A stretch of 64,000 nt of DNA from the human T2T-CHM13v2.0 reference genome, Homo sapiens. The DNA lies in assembly GCF_009914755.1 (NCBI RefSeq), contig NC_060928.1, one strand, 5' to 3'. The notes under the pieces are model-generated. The model was not told where the DNA came from. It did not search any database and was given only the letters and a program-made list of their open reading frames with translations. The translations under genes and the position numbers were made by a program. Below are positions 13,911-29,312 of the stretch, one piece after another; the stretch's first letter is position 1, and each line of letters starts with the position of its first letter.

Positions 13911-16504
13911 ATCTCTACTAAGTATAATTATAGAGTAGAAGTTAGTGATTTTCAAAGCTGATTTTCAAACTAATGCACAAAGTAAATTTTGTATTTAAAT
14001 TCTAATGCCTGTGTAAGCAGGCAGAAAGCATTAAAGAAAAATTGGGTAGCAGGGGGTCATGGGAGCTGGGAGATCAAAAATGGGCTGGAGGAGCAGCTAA
14101 ATCTGCAGGTCTCAAAAGCACCACCATGATGGCAGATAAATATTACCGTATCTTCCCATTATCCACAAAAATCTGGGAATCTGGATTCTTATGTGAAATA
14201 TCCCAATTTTTAAATATTAGCAACTAACAAAAAAAATTTAAATACTATGCAGACCAACTGATGGTCTCCATGTGCAATCTCAAATTTAAACCTTCTATTC
14301 AAACACAAATAAAGAACAAAGAAATTATGCTTTGAGGTATTGATTTAGACACTCCCTGTTGTTCAGTGTATTTTTTAGCAAAAAAAAGGTATGTGAATAA
14401 ATATTTTTATTTGAACAACCTCCAGTCAATTATTAGAATACAATGATACCAAGAGACATTTACCTAACACAAAAAGGAAATCATATTTCAGTGAATATCA
14501 GTTCTCTGGCATTTGACATAAATGCCTTTAAACAATCTAAAACATATGCTTTTAAGCAGTACAACAAAATCTCTTAGAATTTTTAGCAGAAGATAGGAAT
14601 TTTTATTTTTATGGCCTTACATCTTCCATATTTTATTATGGAAAAAACAATTTTCTCACATATACACTTACAAGCTTTTTACAGAGTAAGGCTAAACCTT
14701 ACTTTTAAACCTTTACTTTAAAACTTGTAACTGTATTGCTCTTACCAATTTCTACTGATTTAATAAAATTAGCCAAAGAAAGCCAAACAAATGCTTTCAG
14801 TCTATAACAGCTCTCTTATTAAAAAACAGAAAAATTACATTTAAACTGTAAGTAACCAGACCTCATTCACATGAAGAAAGTTTCATGATTTTCAGGACTG
14901 CTACATCTAGCTCAATCTTTTTTCCACAACCTTGTAGCCTCCCATTCAGGAATTGGCAATCACGTCCTAGTATAAAATGAACTTTGAAAATAGCCAGCTT
15001 CCTGAAAATGACTGGAATTCAATTCACCATGGGAATTATTAGCAAGACTGGCTTATCATACTCAGAAACTTAGAAACATACAAAGGAAGTCAAGTCATGG
15101 TTTTTTTTTTTTCCTTCCATAACCTTTATGAGAAATGCAGCGGTGACAAGCAAAAAGAAAGAAAGGAGAAGAAAGTTGGCTTTTTCTGGAGTAAGACACA
15201 TCTGCTTAACAGTCTACAGTGAGGGGTGGAAATTCGATCTTGTGCTGATGGTCAAACAGACTGCATAAACATATGTCAGTGTCTACGGAATTCTCACATT
15301 CCACAGCTGCCTCTGGGAACCCTCAGAGAAAGAACATGCCCACGTAGATTGCACATCTGCTAGGGCATCTTTCTCCTTAACACCTATGTCTTCCCTTCAC
15401 CCCCTAAAGAAAAGATTTACATTTTTTAAAATAAAAAAGGATGCTCAAAACTAACTTGAAAACCAACTGCATTTAATTGTAATATTTTGAGCCACAAAAT
15501 GAAATTGAGTCCAATAAAAGGCAGGTGGACTGCTCTGGGTTTCTGAAAGAATTTTTTAAAAATCATATGCAAAGATTATTTCTCAATAGTGTCCCATCTC
15601 CGCTGAAGTCAATGTCAGCTAGAGGCCCTGCATTAAACAAGAGAGAGTCCACTCTCCTATCTTTCCCTCCACTTCCTTTCTTTCCCTTTCTGCCTTCCAA
15701 TTTTGTTGACATTCTTGTCCTTCTTATTTTTATCTAATCTTCTGATTTTGTTGACATTCTTTCTTCTCCTGTCTAACTACTCATAATAGAGAAATCTTAA
15801 CTTTCCCCAGGTCTTTAATCCTCCTGCCTAGCTTGGATTACTTGCAAACAATATGTAGGTATTATGCAACTCATGATGTTTAAGGTATTTGCAAACCAGT
15901 GGGGGTTTCAAAAGGAAGCCATTAAAATAGCTACCGTAAATCAAAAAGTTCAAGGCAAAGAAGCTTAAATTCTCATCAGAATTTAAAGTGAGAAAAAAAA
16001 ATTCACACACTACTCTTATTTAAGCCTATTTATAATTTATACATAAATTCAATGTGCTATATGAAATCAAATTAGTTTTAGTTTTGTCACAATCTCAGTT
16101 GATCAATTTTGGTTTAATTATATTGAAATCTAAAATTACAATTTTCACATTAATGTTTTACTTGGGTGGGGAAAAAAATTGTTTTAACTGAATGTGTAGG
16201 AGGGTATAGAATCACAGCATGCATTTTTAAAAAGAATTTTCTAAATTAAAATATACTTAGAAAAAACATATATTGATTTGATAGGTCTGAGTTCTCAAGA
16301 ATTAACAAAATGGTAGCTTTCATTTTATATATAAATGGAAGCCAAGTTTATTTTTTACTTTGTAGCTTTATTGTTGATATATTTTGGCATTTTCAACATA
16401 ATGTAAATAACTCAATCAGCTGAGAGTGAACTATAACATGCATAACACATAACTATATGTAATGCAAATAAAAGTTCAATTTTGAAAAAGAAACCCATTG
16501 TAGT

Positions 16505-16840
<336 letters not shown>

Positions 16841-19004
16841 TTATTCAGGTAAATAAATAACTACATTCAATAAAGAATTTTCCTGAAATTATACTATATG
16901 TATTGACATCAAGTGAAAATTATTAACTTGTTAAATAAGTAATCATTCTAACTAGAAGCCCTAAGGGCAATATTTTCAGATGATGCTTTCACATCCGAGT
17001 CTCATCTTTGAGGTCCAGGGTGTATGGAGCGGGTAAACATGGCTGTGCAAGTGTCTAGACAAATGCGGCGTGTAAGTTTCAGGCTTACAGGAAACACACC
17101 AGGGATCCCTGGTGGGTTTGACAGGTTTCAGGGCTGTAACCGAGATTCTTCTGGTAGCTGAAAAAGAGGTAACTACCCCTATAGCTAGGAGTCTGTGCAT
17201 TCCTTAGAGTATATCAAATACAAAGCAGAGAGAGACAGGGACATTTGGAATGACCACTACTGACCTGATCCCAAACTGCCTCTCAAAATCAAATGTGAAA
17301 AAAATAGCAAGGATCAAATGATTTTTGGAGACACAGAGAAAGAGACAGACAGTGACAGAAAAATACAGAGAGGCAAGGAGAGACAGAAAAGGGAAGAAAA
17401 GAGAGAGAGAGAGGGAGAGAGAGATTGACAGGCAGAGATGCCCACACCCCAATGTCATGGAGACAAAACAAGTAACTCTCAGGCTAACCAACAATGCATG
17501 AAGTCAGCTAACACATTCACTTGGATCTTGTTTACACACATATATAGTTAAGGTCGATTATTCCACTATTATGAGCAAAAGTATGTCTTTGCTTAAATAG
17601 TCACTGCCCTGGAGTAAGTGGTAATGCATTGGCCTTTGTCTGTTGTGAAGATTTTTTTTGTCACTGTTCAAGTTTCAGTTAAGTTAATTCAATAGGTAAT
17701 ACCCGAGCCTGGTACATAATCAAAAGAGACAAAAAGCCCAGCTACAGCAAGAAATGAGTTTCCTTCCTTCCCCTCCACAACCCTCAATTTCCTTTCCAGA
17801 GGCAACCACTGTTGCCAGTTTCTTGTCAACCCTTTCACATCCCATCTGCTCTATAAAAATATGACCCAGTGCTTGTGTCTCCTTCCTGATCTTTTTTTTT
17901 TTTAACATAGTTACCATGTTCTACACATGGTCTGCAACCTGCTTTTTCACTTCATCTGTCATGGTGACTGGTATCAACAAATCCAGAGCTGCCCAGTCCT
18001 CTTCAATGGGTACACTGCATTCCAATGAGTGGTCACCCTAAGCCATACACATCTTATCAGACCCCTGCTGGTGGCCACACTTAAAGGCTTTCCTTCTTGG
18101 GTTTGCAGCTAGAACTCCAACTCACAGGACTTACTGTTTTCTGTTAAAATTCCTGAATATCACTTCCTTAGTAAAACTTGAAAAAAATCTTACGGCTACT
18201 GAGCACGTGTGGTGTTTGGAGAAACAACAAAGAGAATGCTGTTGGCCAACCCTTGCTGTGCCTTCATGTCATAGGCACATTGATTTCTGCTGCTGCATGA
18301 AACAGTGGCGGAATGAATGAGGAAATGTGGAACAATAACCAAGCAACATAACAAGGGAACACTGCTGTGGCGCACTCATCTTCAGATGAGCAATCTAATT
18401 TGGACTCGAAAAAACGTCATCTTAAAAGCAATGTATTTCTGATCTGCCAGTCAACTGGAAAACTTTTGAAAGCAGCAGACACTGCAGCAGAAATACCCTA
18501 AATCGTGAAGTGTGTTCCAGACTTAAGGGAGGGTAGCGGATTAACAGCACATAAAAGAAAAATGAGTTTATTATTAGAAAGTCAATTGCATTCTACAATA
18601 TTTTCAAATTTCCAAATTCAGGGACTGCATCAGTCCATCAAGATTCCTTTGGACTCAACTAGCAAATCAACTTGCAGATCCATCTCTCTTTTCTGCATGC
18701 TGCCTGTCTGCAAATAGCTAATTAAGAGGAGTCTGCTGTGCTGGGAGGTAAATCCTTTCTGCAGTCCAAGATTTCTCAGGATACCTTCAAGAGGAAAAAA
18801 ATACCAAAGGGCTGGCTCATCAGCTCAGCTGGGGCAGCTTCATTACAACGCTAATGTCTGATGATAATGAGATCCTTTCGAATCACTCTAGACAAGCGCT
18901 TGTGCTCTCTCTTTTCTGTTTGGTGGGTTTTTTTTTCATTGTTGCTATTTTGTTTAGTTTTAAACTCATGGTTTAACCATAAAAATGTGAGACACTCTTC
19001 ATCA

Positions 19005-19594
<590 letters not shown>

Positions 19595-21479
19595 ATGTTT
19601 CATTTTTTTAACCTATCTGCCATCATTAGTTGAATCTGAATGTGTACATATATATATATATATATGTATGTATTTTTTTCCATTTTGAAACTCCTTTTTG
19701 AAACAGAGGAAGCAGAGAATTGAGTAATTAAATACATGGCCAAGTGGTTACTGGAAGATGTCTTTCAACCCCTAGGAAGATGTCTAAATGCTAGTTTGAG
19801 CTGCAAATGGTTTAATTTTAACCCCAAAGGTATTTTGTTTGTTTTTAAATGGATCAATAAATCTTGGCAGGAGTACTTGCATAACAATCTACATATAAGG
19901 CGCTTTGCACACTGCACAAATAGAAGTTAAAGATTCAAAGCACTTTGGATTGGCTGGCAAACAATTACTCAAGAATCTGGAATGTATCTTAATTTAGAAA
20001 AAAGGCTCAGACTCTAAGTCAGGCACGTTAAACACAGGCCAGTCACAAGGTTCCTCCTCTGATACACTGGAAATAATAATACGTACCTTGTCAAGTCATT
20101 GTGAAAATTAGAGATAATGCATGATTAGAAATAATGTGACAAAGGACCAAGCACTGAGTAGACACTTACTAAAGGTGCCTCTCATGCCATGCCCAGGAGC
20201 CAGATCCACAGTGAAGGACCGACCTTGGCAGTCCGTGTCTCAGACGGTTCCTGAGTTCCTAGGAACAGCACAATTTCTAGATACAATCATGTGACCTAAA
20301 CATATTTTCATAATCACTGCTGACTTTATTCCGGGATAAACGAAAATTAATGCAACTAGATGATGAAACTTGATGTCATTCCAATTCATGCATGTAGCTG
20401 CTTATATTTCTAAAGAATGGCAGAAAATTGCAAGTTGGCAGTTTGCAACTAAATGGACAATCTAGACAGCTGCGAATTCTGAAGCCAAGCTGAGCAAAGG
20501 AAAATAAAACACGAGTCTTGTTCCTGGGAGCAAATGTGATGTCTTGGAGGAGAGACCTGCTTTACATCCCAGCAGGGGGCTTCCAGGTCCCTAAAGTGGA
20601 TGGTGTCACATTAGCATTAACTTCATAAACATATTGTGAGGGACAAATAACTAAATGACTGAATGTGAAAACAACTAGCCAAGTGCCCAGCACACAGTAG
20701 ATATTCAATAAATGGTAGTTAACTCTATGAGCAAATGCTCAAGACTAGTAAATCTGGTGCATCTGGCACTTGAATATTATCTACTTCCATATTAAGATTA
20801 AATTGCTTAAAAAAAAGAGTGGCTGAATCTTGCTGGGTTCATCAAGTATGTGCTCACGCTTAAGCTAACCCCCATCCCATGTCCACGAAGAGGCATTATT
20901 AGGGGACTTAACCCTTCCTCGAGGACCAATACCACTTGTCAGTTAAGAAACCAGCCCAGACATTCCAAACTCTTACTTACGTATTTTTCCATCATTTCTC
21001 AGCAAATATTCTAAATTGTTTACTATTTTAAAGAAATGTAAATTCTATCTGAATTCCAGGAGACACTGAACCAAAACCCAGGAGAGAAGATATATTGAAA
21101 TGTTTTAAATGCACTAATTTTAGCTTTAAATACAAATTGTACATTTGATAACACAGCCTTTCTAATGTTACTGACTAAATATCAGGCAGTATCAGGAACA
21201 AGATAGGGCATTTCAAGAGTTCACTTCTAGGCCGACTAGACGAAGGCCTGTCACTACTTAAACTGTTTTTTGATACACCAAGATCTTCCAGTGCTTTGTT
21301 GATTGTGTTGAAGATCAACATGTAAATATTACAGAGATATCTTTCTTCAAAGAGAAGGTTAAAAGTGATGGTAAAAACAGAAATGAAACGGATCATTTAA
21401 AAATCTTCACAGTGAGGATGACAGTGAAGAACAGAAAGGCTTTCCAAGAGCAACTTGAAATAGCAGACAAGGATTTTAC

Positions 21480-21506
21480 CTTTAGACCTAAGATTACAGT
21501 TTCTGG
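21480..21506 (-). CDS. PROM1: PROM1 27-nt alternatively spliced microexon (PETVILGLK)
   Basis: ttctacag|CCAGAAACTGTAATCTTAGGTCTAAAG|GTAAAA; the 9-aa segment distinguishing known CD133 isoforms. Confidence 0.97.
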
Positions 21507-24124
21507 CTGTAGAAGTCAACGCAGGTGAGGAATTTTGGCAGAGGCAGCATGCATCAAGAAAACAGACAGAAAAAGTTATGAGTGATCAACCATAACCAAG
21601 AACATTCATATCCCACAAGGAGGAAATTGGGTGATAGAAGGATAAACATGAGAAAGGAATATAAAACTTGAGTGTGAATTCAAGAAACAGTGTTTTAAGT
21701 TGCTCTGAGTTCTGAAATTTACATTTGCATTTACATTTGGATTTCCCAAAAGGTTCTTAATCCGTATGCTAATCGGTTACGCAAAGGAGAATTAGAGGGG
21801 AAGTTACAAATGCTTAACACACTAACCATGTGATCTTCATAAAATAGAGAATCAGATCTGAGAACTCCAGAACCAACGGCAGCATCTTCCCAAGTGCCCT
21901 TTTCTAAAATAAAAATCTGATGGTGTTATTCCCATGCTTAAAGCGATCAACGGATTCCCACCATTTTTATTCCAAACATCTCAATGTTTGATTTTAAATG
22001 TCCTTTCGTGGCAAAATAAAATTAGGTGGCTCTATGTCATTTTCTAGATCACTTTTTTGAAATATTCTGGTCCAGGAAATCTAAAAGTGTAGAAACTATT
22101 GCCTCAGCTGGCAGATCTTCACAGCTCTGAGGGAACACCATTTGTGATGGGAATCACTTTTAAATGAGGCATCCAAAATACTGGGACTGGGGGGCAGTTC
22201 AGATATACCTGCCTCTGGGGTCACACAGGGCATTTTAAATGATCCCGGTCTCCCTTTCTTGGGGAAGGGGCACGCAGGCTTGTTACCAACCAGGGCACAA
22301 GCTCCCAAGCTCACCAGACACAAAGAAGCACCTCACAGTGTGTGTTAAAGAAAAACATTGACTCCTGGGCTCCTCTGCTACAGCACATGAGTCAGAAGAT
22401 ATGGGTAAGACCAGGAATCTGTGTTCCCTGAGCCTCCCAAATAAACGACTTGCCCTGGAGTCATTGGTGTAGGGTCTGCTTCAGGGGGAACCAACCCAAC
22501 ACACTCAGCCTTTATCAGACTAAATCTAGTCAGAAAGCCCTCCTCTAGATGTGGCCTGGATCCTTTGGTGCCTTTGTTTAATTAACCTCTTTCTTTGGAT
22601 AATGGTAGAAAGCATGGTCCAGTTCCACATCTAGAGTAGGAATCAGCTCATTCATGTGGGCTCAGTTCTGCATCTTCTCTCCACTGCACCCCCACCCAGA
22701 GTTTTTATTCATTTGCAAAGGCAAGGAAAGAGAGCAGGAGCCAGGGGTATAAACCAAGGTTATGGGAGTGCCAAATCTAATACCAAGTCAAGCACAAAGA
22801 CCCTGCCAGGGACGGTGGCAGCCCAGCTCCAGCTCAGACTCACAGGTTCCTCAAGGCCACCTAAGGGTCTCAGGACCTCGTTCTCCAAGTCCCGGATCCC
22901 ACTGAAGCACTGCCCCTACTCCCATTCCTTGGTTGGCATTCGGGCTGGCTAAGCATGTTATGCTAATTTTGAATATAAATATAAAAGCAACTGTCATTTT
23001 CTTCCCCCCAGAGATACAGGCCGACGTGACAATCACATTGGGAGATATAAATGAAGCCTGTGGCACTGAGGAATGAAAATGCTTTCCACGGTGCTGGGGA
23101 AGGCTGTGAGCCCTGGGAACAGCTCAGTTCATCTTCCACACAGTCTTCCCTTGCTGAATGTAAACAGCCTCTAGATAAGGCTTTCCTCTTCTGCATTTAC
23201 TTTTCTCTTGAGTATAATTTTCTTGCAAGTTAAGAATATGATGAGGCCATTTGTAACTACCGTATCTGAGGTAACGATTCACTGGGCAAAAGGAAACTGC
23301 CTTCTCCCATGCCGGAAACACTAGCATTCAGATTTGTTGTGCAGGCCAGTAAAAAACGTCCACCTATACATCTGCTTACTGGTAGCCCGATAACCGCCTT
23401 CAAACCAGGAAAGGAAGGAACAAAGTGCTTTACTTACCGAGAAGGACTGAGAACCTGGCCAACACATTTAACTAATTTTTATTACCTTACATTCAGTGCT
23501 ACACACTTTTGTCTGTTTGCTTCATGGGCAACCTACAGTCATAACACACCAAAATCGAAAGACCATTCTCCTGTTTAGGTAGGCAGTCGCAGAGGAGTGC
23601 ATTGGCAGCAACTTGGGTAATAAGCAGAAAAATGCAAGGAGCCTTGATACTTTCTGAAAATACTATGGATTCACTCAAGAGAGGCGTTCAAGGCCCTCCC
23701 AGGATCAGGCCCCAACTTACCTTTTTTTCTCTCCCTCTGGCCAGGGGCCTGCTTCTTTCATACCTTGACCTCTTTGCTCACATGTTCTGAAGCCTGGAAT
23801 GTGAGAAGAGCGCCCACCCATCCCACCGGCTCTGCCCTTGTATGATCCTTGTTACATTAACTAGATAAGGTCCCTGCTATCTGTCTTCTAGCCTCTTGAG
23901 ACCAAAGGCTATCATCCTTATCTCCACCTTCCTTCATTTCTAGCCATGTCCTCACACAGCAGGAGCTTCATAAACCTTATACAAATGCAAAGCTACTTTT
24001 TAACAAACGATGTTTTATAACAGAGTACACAGTCACCATCTCTAGGAATTTTCAAACAATTCTACTTAATGAGGGAGTTCTCATCCCTCAGCTAAAAGAA
24101 AAGTAGCGTAATATTTCTTTTTGA

Positions 24125-24445
<321 letters not shown>

Positions 24446-24690
24446 TTAGTTTTTAATTTTTAAGTAACATACAACTTGAAAGGTTTTCTTCAAATGCCGC
24501 TTTTGAACTTTCTGCTATGGTTCAAATGGGATTTGTAAGGTGGTTCAATATTCCATGAAAGTTCTTAGTCAAAAAAGATTACTAAAATTGCAGATTGAAT
24601 AACTGGTTATTTAAAGATTTACTTTCAAGTCAGCCAAAATTTTTCTCATACTTCGTATTTTTAATAATAAATACACCAATGAAAAATTAC

Positions 24691-24746
24691 CTTGTCATAA
24701 TCAATTTTGGATTCATATGCCTTCTGTAAGAATTTTCTCAAAGTAT
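24691..24746 (-). CDS. PROM1: PROM1 coding exon 2 (56 nt; DTLRKFLQKAYESKIDYDK)
   Basis: tttttttccag|ATACTT ... GACAAG|GTAATT; phase joins coding exon 1. Confidence 0.98.
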
Positions 24747-25196
24747 CTGGAAAAAAAGCCACAAAATAGCAATATTATTTTTTCAGTAAAATTATAAAAT
24801 GCATATTTAGAAAAAGATCTTTATATGCTTAAAAATTATTATACCTATATTTCTATTATTCTTATAATTTTATTCTTATTTCTTAATGTAGGTAAATAAT
24901 TAATGACCTCTAGCCAGAAGCCAAGAATAGAAGACAAATACTTCTGATTTACTATTTTGTCAGTGACAGAATTAGAGAGTTGTCATTTTTAAGTTAGTAA
25001 TTTATCATAATACACCTTAATATTTACCAGCAAACCGCATACAGCTTATTAATAATCATTTATAAAAATTTTGCTGAAATTGCTAATTCTTAATTGTCTG
25101 GAAACACAAATGAAATTTATTGTTCAATAATTCCACATTTGCCTGATATTAATATTTTACAAAGGAATGGATGAAAGGAATCTTAAAATTAACTCA

Positions 25197-25601
<405 letters not shown>

Positions 25602-27241
25602 TCACATAAGCCTGGGACCAAAAAAGACTAAGAGCCACCTCTTAACCCTGAGCAGCCATCTAAGAATGATATGAGACAACTGAGACATGGACAGAGAGGG
25701 TGACATAGTGATTCGTGAGGAGGCCAGACCAAGGCTCAGGTCTTCCTTCTCCTGTGCGGGTGCCTTCCCGCCACCTGTACACTCTCTCTCACCCCAGGAA
25801 GGAGCTTCTGCAGTGCTATCACTATATCCATCACGCCTGAAATGTACTAATGGGGGGGCAAACGAAACACTACATCAACTCCTTTTTTGATGCAAAAAAG
25901 TTCAGATTAACATATAGGAAAACAAAGCAAGCCACTTTCCCACAAGGCTTTCTGCAAAACAACTTTTCTCCTCTACAACTCAGAGATATGGGCTGATGTT
26001 TAAAGATTATGCTGCAGGAACAGAAGATTTTCAAACTGATATGTACCCAGGGAACCCCAATAGTTTCTTCACAGTACCTCGGGGGCTGCCCAAGGACCAG
26101 AGGGACACTGAGGCTGTCTAATCCCCTTCCGACAACACAGGCTACTTCCCCCTTCAACCAGTCAGCATTACTTTGGTCTGTTTTACAGATCAGGCTTTAA
26201 CATTTCATTGTTTAAAATTTCACTGAATGAAAGAGTCTACTGTTGATTTAAAAACTGAGAAATCATCTGTTTATTAAAATATACTTAGCTGCACAGCATA
26301 ATATGTTGCAATTTGGGATCTTGATCTAGCAACGAGTTAGAAGGGAATCCAAGCTCCGCCACTTAACTGTGTGTCTAATCTTAGGTGAATAACTGCTACG
26401 AACATGCTCATGTGCAAAATAAGACGTCCCTACTCTCAAAGGACCACTTAGGGTGAAGTGAGAAAACATTTATAAATAAAACAGCACCGGGCCTGGCACA
26501 CAGTGGGCACATGGTATATACCTGCTATCATTATATGAAGGAATTTAGAGCATGCAGATCACAGAACAGTATCCATGGTAAGTGCAGTGTGGAAGACTGT
26601 TATTTTGGCCATTCAATATCCATTCACTTTTTTTTTTCCCTTACAAAACAAAAGCAAACAAACAAAAACAAAATGAAAAACTTTGGATTTCTTCTGGGGA
26701 ACTGCTTCTTCCATCCTCTCAGGCCACGTGGACTGGGGAAGCCGTGAGCCCAGCACCTCAAAGGTAGATCCTCACGGGTCTGAACCAGCGGGTCTCCAAG
26801 CATGGGCTGTGGGAATCCCCAAGACATGTTCAGGGTGTCCATGAGGTCAAAACACAAGATGTTAATTGCTTTTTTTGTTGTGTTGACATTTGCACTAGGG
26901 TGCAAAGGCGGTGGTAGATAAGAATGCAAGTGATTTGGCACAAATCAAGATGGCAGCTGATACTCATTATATTCTTTGCCATCAGGCACTCATGTTCAAT
27001 AGTCAGTTACACTTAAGAAGGCTCTTGATAAAGCATTAAAAATTATTTTTATTAAATTTCAACCTATGAGTACAGCTCTTTTTATTATCCTGTGTAAAAA
27101 AAAATGGTAACTACACATAAAGCTCTTTCATATACATCAAAGTATAATGTGCAAAAAGCATTTGTGCAAGTGTTTTAAGTTGTGAGCTCAACTAGCCACA
27201 GTTTTCATGGAACACCATCTTTACTTGGAAGAAAAGTTGAT

Positions 27242-27515
27242 GGCCAGGCACAGTGGCTCACACCTGTCATCCTAGCACTGTGGGAGGCCAAGGACAGAGG
27301 ATTGCTGAGCCCAGGAGTTTGAGACCAGCCTGGGCAACTGGGTAACATAGTGAGACCCCACATTAGTCAAGTGTGGGGGCATGCACCTGTAGTGGGAGGC
27401 TGAAGTAGGAGGATCATTTGAGCCCAGGAGTTCAACTAAGCCACAGTTATGCCACTGCACTCCAGCTCGGGTGACAGATCGAGACCCTGCCTCAAATAAA
27501 TAAATAAATAAATAA
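27242..27515 (+). mobile_element. AluJ with (AAAT)n(TA)n tail
   Basis: GAGCCCAGGAGTT in both arms. Confidence 0.9.
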
Positions 27516-27599
27516 ATATATATATATATATATATATGAAAGGCTGAGAGACAAATTGTGACTATTCAGACTTAGATATACCCAATCTCAGCCCTTAAT

Positions 27600-27843
27600 C
27601 GTGATTCACTGAAGGCTCAAATTCCTGGACTCAAGTTATCCTCCCCTCTCCCCTCAGCCTCCTGCATAGCTAGGACTACAAGTGCACGCCACCATGCACA
27701 GATAACTTTTTAATTTGCTTTTTTGTAGAGATGGTGTCTCACAATGTTGCCCAGGCTAGTCTTAAACCCCCGGCTTCAAACGATCCTCTCACCTTGGCCT
27801 CCCAAAGCACTGGGGTTACAGGCGTGAGCCACCGTGCCTGGCC
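27600..27843 (-). mobile_element. AluJ (3'-truncated)
   Basis: Head GTGAGCCACCGTGCCTGGCC ends at 27843. Confidence 0.88.
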
Positions 27844-28170
27844 AGCATTTTCTCTGAAATGAAAGAAGTGGAGCTTGCAAGTTTAAGAAGCCACTGACAG
27901 GATTTGTTGCCAATGATAAAACTAGAGCTTTCAAGCAAAAATCAGAATTTTGCAAAGTGCGTATCCACCACCATGAGCTTGACAGCATTCCAGTACTTAT
28001 GCCTTTCTAACGTGATCAGTAAGGATATTAAAGAATTTTTGATACTATAAAATGAAATATGTCCACATTTGGGAGATGTGCAAAACTCAGTGAACGAATA
28101 TTTTCCAAAAGATTCATGCATCATGTCACAAAAGCCTGCGTGGAAAAAGATCCATTCAAAGTGGAAGACA

Positions 28171-28347
28171 AGGAGGTGGGAGGAGGGTAAATGATTAAAA
28201 ATTACTTAATGGGTACGGTGTACATTATTCAGGTGATGGATACTCTAGAAGCCCTGACTTCACGACTATGTGCTGTATCCACATCACAAAATTACACTTG
28301 TACCCCATAAATTTATACAAATTTAAATTTTTTTAATAAATAAATAC
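28171..28347 (+). mobile_element. L1MA 3' end fragment
   Basis: TAATGGGTAC..GGTGATGG..AGCCCTGACTTCAC..TGTACCCCATAAAT; flanking repeat AGTGGAAGACA. Confidence 0.85.
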
Positions 28348-28937
28348 AGTGGAAGACAGACCAGTGGCTGTTAATAGATCAAACTATAAAAAATTAATTC
28401 ACATGGTTCCAGATTCCACATTGCAAATAACCTTTAAAAACTAGCACTTGCACAGTTTTAGTGTGGTATTAAAGAAAAATATCCACAATTATCTGAAAAG
28501 ACTACTAAAGTACTGCTCTCTTTTACAACTACCTATCTCAGTGAGAGCAGACGTTCACCCTATACATCAACGGAGCTAACACCCAGTACCTCAACGGGAG
28601 CAACCCAGATACAGATATGAAAATCCAGCTGACTTGCACTAAGCCAGATGTTCAAGAGATTTGCAAAAATGCAAAAACCAATGCCACTCTTCTCATGATT
28701 TTTGCTTTTGGAAACTATAGTTATTTTTAACAAAATTAAGTTATTTATGGAAAGGGTTTATTATCGTTCTTTTTAAATGAATTGACAAATATATGTTAAG
28801 GTGTTCTCCATTTTATCTTCAAATATGATAAATATTGATAAACAAAATCTCTCTGGGGCCCTGAATAATTTTTAAGAGTTAAAGCGGATCTGAGACCCAC
28901 AGTGTGTGAGTGAGACCTTCTGGTCTGAGCCAAGTAA

Positions 28938-29312
<375 letters not shown>

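Larger units (their letters stand above)
26785..28915. mobile_element. Charlie1-family hAT transposon remnant interrupted by two Alus and an L1 fragment
   Basis: Charlie-like segments (GTCCATGAGGTCAAAAC, TGTGTTGACATTTGCACT, GATCCATTCAAAGTG..AAGACAGACC, TTCCACATTGCAAATAACCTTTAA) resume after each insertion. Confidence 0.75.
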
